From a virus, in IMG/VR virus record IMGVR_UViG_3300042888_001941, positions 72,435-136,434 of that record: a DNA stretch of 64,000 nt; one strand, 5' to 3'. How positions within the stretch are numbered: position 1 is the first letter of the stretch; each line of letters opens with the position of its first letter. A model generated the notes under the pieces. The model searched no databases and was not told where the DNA came from. It was given only the letters and a program-made list of their open reading frames with translations. Made by a program: the position numbers and the translations under genes. Positions 54,975 to 62,505 of the stretch are shown here, piece after piece.

Positions 54975-55331
54975 TTACCTAGACAAAGGCTCGTCTAAGA
55001 CTGCACCAAATGGTTTTGACATTGAAGCATCTACTGGCGTTGCGGGAACAAACGCCTTAGTTGGCCCCTTCAGTGGATTAAATGGGACTATAGCGTCATC
55101 ATCTATAGGCTCATCAATATAGTAGTCTCCTCGAGCAGCCGTGTTCGTTGCGTTTCCAGAGGTGCCATACTTGTATGGGTACCCGTAAAAGTCTTGGTAG
55201 ATAATCTCACGAGAAGCGCTACGTGCATCAGCTTCTTCTTTAGAACCGTAGCTTACATCTTCTTCCATAAAGAAATGAATAACGTCTAACATATCAGATG
55301 CTTCCATTTCTTTTAGATTAAGTCCGTTCAC
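54975..55331 (-). CDS. Tail assembly chaperone, frameshifted (GT) extension
   Basis: The -1 frame is open from 55400 (GARTLLTWGIDLWPYINGKALVNGLNLKEM...). Confidence 0.75.
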   Translation of the reverse strand: MNGLNLKEMEASDMLDVIHFFMEEDVSYGSKEEADARSASREIIYQDFYGYPYKYGTSGNATNTAARGDYYIDEPIDDDAIVPFNPLKGPTKAFVPATPVDASMSKPFGAVLDEPLSR

Positions 55332-55375
55332 GAGAGCTTTTCCATTAATGTATGGCCAGAGATCAATCCCCCAAG

Positions 55376-55714
55376 TTAGGAGAGTTCTGGCTCCTTTTCC
55401 GGGCGTCCTGCGTACACCTCAACAAGCCAACCTGAAATTTCGCCAAGTGTTTCTACTGTTACAATCTTGTCTTCGCTCTCAAGAAGAGCCGAGAAACGAG
55501 TATAGCTCTCTGGCAAAAGAACTTGCTCAAAGAACATGTTGATTGTCTTTGCAGACTCGGCTGGATCTTCTCCACCTGAGCGAGAAACAAGATCAAGAAG
55601 TGTCTTGCCTTGAAGTTGTTCGCGGCAAGAAAAATCCTCACCGTGAAGCGTAAAAGTTACTGGCTCTTTTTCGCCAGCGTTTTTGCCAGAGCCAAAGTCT
55701 CTGTGTTTAGTCAT
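55376..55714 (-). CDS. Tail assembly chaperone (G)
   Basis: Upstream of the tape measure; F.L.GE.F...W.VE.Y.GRP. Confidence 0.8.
   Translation of the reverse strand: MTKHRDFGSGKNAGEKEPVTFTLHGEDFSCREQLQGKTLLDLVSRSGGEDPAESAKTINMFFEQVLLPESYTRFSALLESEDKIVTVETLGEISGWLVEVYAGRPEKEPELS
55394..55400 (-). other. Programmed -1 frameshift site GGAAAAG
   Basis: CCG GAA AAG GAG read as GGA AAA GGA GCC joins the two chaperone ORFs. Confidence 0.7.
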
Positions 55715-55768
55715 TTTTTCTTCCTCCGTTTTGCGTTTGTGTCTTTATTAAGACGTTTGTCTTAATAG

Positions 55769-56290
55769 TTATCTTATCAAATAAAGGTTGTCCGCGAGGA
55801 ACTTATTAGGCTTAGTTCCAGGGTGTCTCACCAGACGTGAATACACTATGCGACCTCTAGAACTAAATCTAAGCATCTGCGCTCTATCAGGAGTAATAAT
55901 ATGAGGTTTGGTTCCTTCATGGTGGGCGAGCGCGTAACTAAGCGGAGATCCTATAGTCATACTTTGGCCGTAGGGCGCTCTTGACTGACTCATAGATATA
56001 GAATTTTTTAGTCGCCCAGTGTCTACGCCAACTTGCGCTTTAGCAGCAGCTACGATAATTCGTCCACGAGAGTAAAGATGACGCCCGACAGGACCATAAG
56101 GGCTGTTTAAGGTAAAGTCTAACGTAGCTTTGCGAAATACTATCTTAGTTTGTCCAAAGCTTACGCCTACGCCACCGCCTCTAGGAGATAGGCCGCCACT
56201 TCCAACTCTCCCTGCACGTTGTATACCTCTACCAATACGCTGCCCAATGTATATAAGCGGGCTGTCACGTATAATTCCAAAAAGTGGCAT
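55769..56290 (-). CDS. HK97 gp10-like neck/tail completion protein
   Basis: VDTGRLKNSI, YA..HHEGT.PH.I, V.HPGT.PN.FL. Confidence 0.8.
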   Translation of the reverse strand: MPLFGIIRDSPLIYIGQRIGRGIQRAGRVGSGGLSPRGGGVGVSFGQTKIVFRKATLDFTLNSPYGPVGRHLYSRGRIIVAAAKAQVGVDTGRLKNSISMSQSRAPYGQSMTIGSPLSYALAHHEGTKPHIITPDRAQMLRFSSRGRIVYSRLVRHPGTKPNKFLADNLYLIR

Positions 56291-56793
56291 TATGGCACGA
56301 CCATAGTCACTTGCATAGCTGTTGTTTGAAAACCACCATCAAAACCTGAGCTATCAGCCGTAGCAATGACGCCCATTCCAAACTCGTCTGGCTCCCACTG
56401 GTCTAGTCTGTTAAGTAGACGCATGAACACCCACGCATCAACAACGGCTGCTTCAGAACCTTCTTGAATTTTATCTGCTGAAGGAGCTTTTCCATTTACG
56501 CCAACAACCGGGATCTCACGAGAAATAGAAATAGTAAGTACAGCGCTTCTCGGCATCGTGCAACGCTGAGGAGTGCCCGCTTGGTCGCCAGGGGTACCTA
56601 GGTAGACCTGCATGAAAGAAACAACAAGTTGCTCGCAATCAATGGCAGGCTCGCCTACGGTCCAAAACCTGCGAGAAGGTAAAGGAACATTGTTTTCTTC
56701 AAATACTTTAATGGTCTTATCGAGCACTCTGTCAAGAAAGACCTTTATGCTTAATGCGTCCTGTGACACCATAGAGACATCTGTTATTGGCAT
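56290..56793 (-). CDS. Tail terminator / neck protein
   Basis: Position in the neck module; DCEQL.V, C. Confidence 0.6.
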   Translation of the reverse strand: MPITDVSMVSQDALSIKVFLDRVLDKTIKVFEENNVPLPSRRFWTVGEPAIDCEQLVVSFMQVYLGTPGDQAGTPQRCTMPRSAVLTISISREIPVVGVNGKAPSADKIQEGSEAAVVDAWVFMRLLNRLDQWEPDEFGMGVIATADSSGFDGGFQTTAMQVTMVVP

Positions 56794-56812
56794 GATGTAA
56801 TCCCGTCTATCG

Positions 56813-56848
56813 CGTATGAAAGTGTCTTATATGTCGTCTGAGCGCCCA
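56813..56848. repeat. 36-bp bipartite intergenic motif, copy 2
   Basis: CGTATGAAAGTGTCT-N10-CTGAGCGCCCA. Confidence 0.75.
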
Positions 56849-56851
56849 TAA

Positions 56852-58252
56852 CTAGCCGCCTAGAGTGTACGTAGGGGTAGGGTCAGACGCTAGACGAAGT
56901 TTAAGGTTTCCAGAGGCAATATACACGGTTTCTATCTCATCAGGGTCAGATACGTCAGGCCGACTTGCGTATAAGTCCCAGGTTCCAGGGTCAGAGAAGC
57001 CTACGTAGTTGTAAGCCTCATCGTAGCTAACGGTAAGGGTCAAAGTATCACGTGATTCATTAGTAACAACGGCTGTTCCGGTGTCTGCAGTTAGCGTGAC
57101 GTCGTCTACACGGTCAGCCTCAGCACGAGCGTACACGAACGTTGTAGTTGTAGGCACCTCAGTGATGTAGTAGCTTCCATTGAAGGTCGCGTTGATTCCA
57201 GAGACGGTCACAAGGTCACCAACAAGGAACCCGTGTGAGGTAGACGTTGTAAGAGTTGCAACGTTGTCGGTGAGTTTCTTAAAGGTTATACTTTTAGTGA
57301 TGTCGGTAGTGATGGTGTTGATAGAAACTGACGTGGATTCAAGGTCCTTTGACGCAAGGCCAGACCAGTTACTAATTTTTAGGTATGGCACCCATGCGTT
57401 ATTTGTTACAAGGAAGCTAGCGTTAAGCGAGTCAATGTTTACCTCAAGAGTAGCGCCTTCTTCTCCTGTAACGTACATGTCAAGGCTGCTTGCCGCAAGC
57501 TTAAGAGGCTTTGGAATATGACGACGTGCGCGTGGAACGTCTACAGAGAATACACGTGACTTAGTGCGTGCCTTGTCTGGGTTTGAAGACTTAAGGAATA
57601 GGTCAACAACGTACAAACCTGTGCGCATATCATCAATGAAGTCTTGGTTATCAAGGATAGTGTACGAAACGCCCTGGCGTGATACCGAGGTAATACGCTG
57701 TGGCAGCGCGCAATCATCAGCGCCTGACCAAAGCTTAATAAACTCCATAGCAAGAACACGAGCAGCGGCTCTTCCTGCTGCTGGAGCAGGAGATCCGTAT
57801 GAGTATGTTACCTCGATGTTGCAAGGTGTCCATGGGACGCCAGAGCGCGCTTGTAAAGTTGAATGATCAACAAGGTAATAGCGACTAGGGTTAACAATCT
57901 TGCCAGTTCTATCACGAACTGAGTGGACCTGTGTTACTGGGCGACCGCGAAGTCGTAAGCGCGATGATGGAGACATTCCGTCTGTTGTCATTTCAGCATA
58001 GTCGTCAAATTCATCAAAAGGAATGTTATAGACCTGGCCATCTACAAGCTCGGCGGTATAATTTTTAGAAGATTGGCCTAGGCGGTATGCTCTAGAGGCG
58101 CAAATGTATCTCTCTGTGACGGTAACGACTCCGCCGTATTTTCTTCCAGACAAAGACCATAGAATCTGAGATGCAGTCTTGACCGCTTCATACGCATATT
58201 CATTATCTGCGTAGTCGTCAAGCTCGTCAGTGGTGACCCAAAGATTCGACAC
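56852..58252 (-). CDS. Head-to-tail adaptor with C-terminal extension
   Basis: AS.ILW.LSGRKY, EVTY.YG..P..G..AA..LA.E, C.LP.R.TSVSRQGVS, TG...VD.FL...NP. Confidence 0.82.
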   Translation of the reverse strand: MSNLWVTTDELDDYADNEYAYEAVKTASQILWSLSGRKYGGVVTVTERYICASRAYRLGQSSKNYTAELVDGQVYNIPFDEFDDYAEMTTDGMSPSSRLRLRGRPVTQVHSVRDRTGKIVNPSRYYLVDHSTLQARSGVPWTPCNIEVTYSYGSPAPAAGRAAARVLAMEFIKLWSGADDCALPQRITSVSRQGVSYTILDNQDFIDDMRTGLYVVDLFLKSSNPDKARTKSRVFSVDVPRARRHIPKPLKLAASSLDMYVTGEEGATLEVNIDSLNASFLVTNNAWVPYLKISNWSGLASKDLESTSVSINTITTDITKSITFKKLTDNVATLTTSTSHGFLVGDLVTVSGINATFNGSYYITEVPTTTTFVYARAEADRVDDVTLTADTGTAVVTNESRDTLTLTVSYDEAYNYVGFSDPGTWDLYASRPDVSDPDEIETVYIASGNLKLRLASDPTPTYTLGG

Positions 58253-58296
58253 GTGTTTGTCCTCGTCTACTCGTCGTTAGTTTATTCTAATAGGGA

Positions 58297-58341
58297 AGCG
58301 GCATGCCTGTGTATACATGTATTACACATCGGCATGCCGCT
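58297..58341 (-). terminator. Long hairpin after the major tail gene
   Basis: AGCGGCATGCC...GGCATGCCGCT outer stem with an inner TGTGTA/TACACA stem. Confidence 0.65.
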
Positions 58342-58354
58342 CCACACTTGCTAA

Positions 58355-59401
58355 TTAGGAGGTTGGATCCTCTGTTGACGCGATAATGAAGTCAGTAGGA
58401 AGATCAGCGTTGTAAACTTCATTTCCAGGAACGTTATACGCTGTTGTTGATCCCTGTGAAGTGAAGTCAGTCACCGCGCGAGCATCTGCAGTTACTAGAG
58501 CAGTACCTGCGTCTGAAGCAGAAGCAATTGTTCCGCTTGTTGTTGTTGTGTAGGTGAATGTTGTCGATGTTGGAACAGTTGCAATGGTGTATGTACCATT
58601 AAGCGCTGTGTTTGTTAGACCAGACACGACCACAGTATCTCCTGCCACTAAAGTGTGATCTGTTGAAGTTGTAATAGTTGCAGTGGCGCTAGTACGAGCA
58701 ACGTTTGAGATAGTCTTTGAGATATCTCCGTGCCATGTGTAGAAGCCCTTGCGTCCTGTTGGAGCCCATGATGAACGAGCGTATGAGTATGGGCGCTCTG
58801 CAGCAACTGGGAATTCCCAGCGCTCATCGAGGCCTGAGCCAAACTCAGCGTTTCCAAGGCCGTAACCTTCAAAAGTGTTTGCAAGCATGCCATTTTCAAT
58901 TACGCGATCTCCTGAAAGGCGAAGCTTGACATATGGGAATACCCAGTGGAAGTAAGGAAGTGTTGCTGCCTTCTTTCCATCAATGATTGCGAATGACCAT
59001 GTCTCAATAGCAACACCGTTACCTGCAGGATCATCACCTGTTGAAGGAGATGACCAACCGATTGACTTACGGTCTGGTGAAGCATATGTGCCAAGGTTCT
59101 TACGAAGCAAGAGGCCACCAGATAGAAGCTGTGTTAGCTCTGTGTCTGGCTCGCAGATTGCAAGTTCCATTGTGATGCGCTTGAGAGTGTCAGGCGCCTT
59201 GTAAGTAACGCAGACGGTTCCGTCCGCGCTCTTCTCTGTCATTTCATCGCCTTCTTCGTATTCAGGTGTGAATGAAAGGCGCATAAAACCAGAGGTTGTA
59301 TAGCTGTCACCTTCGCCGTTAAGGAGATTTCCAGATGCGTCAAGACGAGTTACTCGAATTGACACACCTTGAATACTCGCGGCGTATTCTTGAGTTGCCA
59401 T
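58355..59401 (-). CDS. Major tail protein
   Basis: IRVTRLD..G, EEGDE..EK.ADG..C, C.PD.EL, Y..W.FP; strong AAGGAG RBS; followed by a hairpin. Confidence 0.85.
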   Translation of the reverse strand: MATQEYAASIQGVSIRVTRLDASGNLLNGEGDSYTTSGFMRLSFTPEYEEGDEMTEKSADGTVCVTYKAPDTLKRITMELAICEPDTELTQLLSGGLLLRKNLGTYASPDRKSIGWSSPSTGDDPAGNGVAIETWSFAIIDGKKAATLPYFHWVFPYVKLRLSGDRVIENGMLANTFEGYGLGNAEFGSGLDERWEFPVAAERPYSYARSSWAPTGRKGFYTWHGDISKTISNVARTSATATITTSTDHTLVAGDTVVVSGLTNTALNGTYTIATVPTSTTFTYTTTTSGTIASASDAGTALVTADARAVTDFTSQGSTTAYNVPGNEVYNADLPTDFIIASTEDPTS

Positions 59402-59444
59402 TGTTTATTTTTCTCCTTATTACTATCGGCGGCTAGAGACTATT

Positions 59445-60308
59445 CTATGCCGTTAGATCTAATCTGACTGCGAGATGGATAGACGGATCAAAGTAAACCG
59501 CGGCTGGGCGGATTGCCTTAATACGCATATCGTTTTGATTTCCTGCCACATCGTAGCTCTGAGCTAGACTGTCAGCTACGACATCAACGTCGCCAAGAAC
59601 TGTCTTGACTGTGCCAGTGCCGTACATCCATTTGTTTGTCGCTGACGCTGTTGCGCCTGTCACACCGTCTGGGCCTGCTCCAGTATAGCCTGAACCAACA
59701 ATAATCTTGGTTCCGCTGATTGTCTGAAGGTGACCTGCTTCATTGTGAAAAATCATGTAGTTAGCTGCAAGAAGACCTGCAGTATCTTTTGTCATGTGAA
59801 TGATACCGTTTTCTCCGGCTGGTGATGTATCTGCTAGCTCGAAGTCAAGAAGAGCAAGCGCGCGCTGAACAGATAGCGCAGTCGTGCTATTAACAAGAGT
59901 TGCGGTTGAAGCACTAAGTGCTTTGTTAGCGTGGCTTTCACCTTTTCTAATCTCGCCGCTCCAAAGCTCGCGCTCCATTGCCTTTTGAGTTCCACCTTCA
60001 AGTTGGCGCTTGACTCTTGCAACATAGTCAAGACCAGGGAAACCTAATGTTGAGCGAAAATCTTCTACTTCAATAAAAAATGGTTTAACTTCTATGTAGC
60101 GCTCAGGATCAGCGTTAGATACCAAAGATTGTGATGTATCATCAGTGTCGTCATAGTTGACAAGACTACGGATAGTTGTGTCCCACTCTTGTGAGAATCC
60201 GCGGACCCACTGATCTTCTTTTGACCGAGTATCAGGCTTAGCTACCGTGAATAGACCGAACTCCGAAGGTGTAATCTTCGGGGCTTCAAAAATTCCTGTG
60301 AAAGCCAT
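59445..60308 (-). CDS. Second (pentamer-type) major capsid protein
   Basis: 287 aa directly after the main capsid gene; PF.IE, E.ELW.G, G.IH, G.GY, W.YGTG.V, N. Confidence 0.7.
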   Translation of the reverse strand: MAFTGIFEAPKITPSEFGLFTVAKPDTRSKEDQWVRGFSQEWDTTIRSLVNYDDTDDTSQSLVSNADPERYIEVKPFFIEVEDFRSTLGFPGLDYVARVKRQLEGGTQKAMERELWSGEIRKGESHANKALSASTATLVNSTTALSVQRALALLDFELADTSPAGENGIIHMTKDTAGLLAANYMIFHNEAGHLQTISGTKIIVGSGYTGAGPDGVTGATASATNKWMYGTGTVKTVLGDVDVVADSLAQSYDVAGNQNDMRIKAIRPAAVYFDPSIHLAVRLDLTA

Positions 60309-60351
60309 GTTCTCTCTTCCTAATCTAAAATTTGTTTGTTTTGTGCGTATC

Positions 60352-60377
60352 GGGGGAGCCTGTTGCCAGACTCCCCC
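60352..60377 (-). terminator. GC-rich hairpin with GNRA loop between the two capsid genes
   Basis: GGGGGAGTCTG-GCAA-CAGGCTCCCCC, with no U tract. Confidence 0.65.
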
Positions 60378-60398
60378 TCAACGACTATCGAATAACTA

Positions 60399-62369
60399 TT
60401 AGTATTCGATTACTGCTGCTGTAACGCCACCTAGTGTGTCACGGAGAGCAGCTGCTGCACCGTTTACAGAGATGGTTGATGTTACCTTGAGTGATTCAAC
60501 GCCAACCTTGGCAACGCCTTCAAATGTTTCAACGAACATCTTGTAGTCGTTTGTGCCAACGAGTGTTGAGTCACGGATGATACCGAGATCAAGTGTACCG
60601 CCATCAAGGAACAAGAATGTTCCTTCTGCGAAGAGGTACCAGACGAATGTGTCTGTGAACTCGTTCATTGCGTTTGCGCCTTGTGAGCCTGTAAGTGCTG
60701 AACCGTCGATTGTGTAGCATACGTTAATACCGCGTGCTGCCAATAGGCCTTCGATTTCGCCATACGCATTTAGGAGGTTATCTCCAGGTGCTGATAGAGC
60801 GAGGTCTGCTGCCATTGCGTCCTTGATCCATGCAGGAATAATTGCACGAAGTGGGAAGTCAGCTGGTAGACGGTGACGTGAGCGGTACGCTGCTGAAGCG
60901 CGGCCGATCTGCACTAGGAAGTCACGAGCAAGACCAATGATTGATGTTGATGTGACTGCTGTTGAAAGAGAATTCAAACGAGTAAGAATCTGGCCTTCAG
61001 CTTCGCGTGCGTGCTGAATAAGACCAAGCTCGTTGTGGCGAGCGATCAATTCAGGATAAGCACGTGACATAAGGTTACCAAACTGGAGCTGCAATGTTAC
61101 AGCGTCTGTAGCAACAGTTTCTTCTGATGCAGCTGTGACTGTAAGTGAAGCCTTTACGTCAGTACCTGGGTTTGTATCAACAACGTTTGTCCATACACCG
61201 ACTGCGTTGTCGTAGCTTGAAAGGACAGGAGGTGTGATGAAACGGATACCACCGCGGTCTGCCTGAAAACGTGGTAGGCAGTCACGGACTGGACGTACTG
61301 TTGTGCCGATACCAAAGATATCGTACTTAACAGCGAATGGTGCTGAGTGACCACCAGATGCAACAATTGCTTCTGGTGATGATACTGCCTGGATCTTGTT
61401 CCAGTTTGATTCTGCATCCTGTGTAAGAGTACGTGACTCATCATAAGATGTTGTGATAGACGCAACAATGTGCTGCTCTCCATCACCACCGTTTACACGG
61501 CGTAGGCCATGCAAACGCTTTGCCATTGCTTCTGCAACAGCATTCATGCTTGACAATTCGCTGCCAGCTGTGTAGCCAGGGATATCAGCGCCTGCAGTGA
61601 TTGCCACTGGAGCTACTGAAGCCTGTGCTACTGGACGGCGATCTGCCGGTGCTTCAATTACTGCATCCGGTTCATTTACGGCGGCGGTCACTGGTGCCTC
61701 CTGATCTTCCTGCACGATAGGTGCTTCGGTTGTTGGTTCTGTTGATGTTACTTCTTCAGCTGATGCGGCGACTGCCTCAACGACTGGTGCTTCTGCAACT
61801 GCAGCTTCTGCTGCAGGCTCGGCTGGTGCTTCTGCTACAGCTTCTTCAGCTACAGCTTCTGCAGGAGCTTCTGTTGCTTCAGCAGCAGGAGCCTCTTCTG
61901 TTGAAAGCTCTGCAGCAGGAGTTGCTTCCGCAACTGCCTCAGCTACTGGAGCTTCTGGTGTTTCTGTTGAAAGTTCTGATGCTGTGTCCACAGCAGTTGA
62001 TGCTTCTGTCATAGGCTTTTCTTCTTCCTTTTCTTCAGCTGGTTCAGACTTAGGCTTTTCAGCTTCGTCTTCCATAGCTGGGGTTTCTGTTTCGCCTTCT
62101 ACAGGCATCTCTTCTTCTGTACCTTTAACGCGCATCGCGGCTTCTGCGGCGCGTGTTGCAAGCTCTTGAGCCTGTGCCTCGCGACGAGTTACTTCACCAC
62201 GAACGGTGTCAAGCATGTCAGCTAGAGATGTCATTGCATCTACTGTCTGCGGAGTAGGATCTTCTTTTTCAACCGTCTCGAATTCGCTTACGATGGTTGT
62301 TTGAAGCTCGGTGACTTGTTCGTCGCTAAGCTCAGACAACATATCGAGCTGTTGTTTGATTTGGTCCAC
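60399..62369 (-). CDS. Major capsid (hexamer) protein with N-terminal acidic scaffold-like region
   Basis: Coiled/EA-rich N-terminal ~230 aa; ASGG..AP....Y, RPVRD.LP.F.A.RGG, FG N....YPE, GT..LDLGI.RDS.L...NDY..F.E.FE. Confidence 0.88.
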   Translation of the reverse strand: MDQIKQQLDMLSELSDEQVTELQTTIVSEFETVEKEDPTPQTVDAMTSLADMLDTVRGEVTRREAQAQELATRAAEAAMRVKGTEEEMPVEGETETPAMEDEAEKPKSEPAEEKEEEKPMTEASTAVDTASELSTETPEAPVAEAVAEATPAAELSTEEAPAAEATEAPAEAVAEEAVAEAPAEPAAEAAVAEAPVVEAVAASAEEVTSTEPTTEAPIVQEDQEAPVTAAVNEPDAVIEAPADRRPVAQASVAPVAITAGADIPGYTAGSELSSMNAVAEAMAKRLHGLRRVNGGDGEQHIVASITTSYDESRTLTQDAESNWNKIQAVSSPEAIVASGGHSAPFAVKYDIFGIGTTVRPVRDCLPRFQADRGGIRFITPPVLSSYDNAVGVWTNVVDTNPGTDVKASLTVTAASEETVATDAVTLQLQFGNLMSRAYPELIARHNELGLIQHAREAEGQILTRLNSLSTAVTSTSIIGLARDFLVQIGRASAAYRSRHRLPADFPLRAIIPAWIKDAMAADLALSAPGDNLLNAYGEIEGLLAARGINVCYTIDGSALTGSQGANAMNEFTDTFVWYLFAEGTFLFLDGGTLDLGIIRDSTLVGTNDYKMFVETFEGVAKVGVESLKVTSTISVNGAAAALRDTLGGVTAAVIEY

Positions 62370-62490
62370 TCTGTCCCTCCTCCGGGCCAGTCATGATGAA
62401 CAAGATTAGTTAGTTCATCTCGCTTATCAGTCCAAGGCCGAGGGACTCCGGACGCACATTGTATGCGTGGAGGCACTCCACCCGAATTGA
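62370..62490 (-). promoter_or_regulatory. Structured 5' leader of the major capsid gene
   Basis: Several complementary pairs, including GTCCCTC/GAGGGAC overlapping the RBS. Confidence 0.55.
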
Positions 62491-62505
62491 ATAATATATT
62501 AGTTC

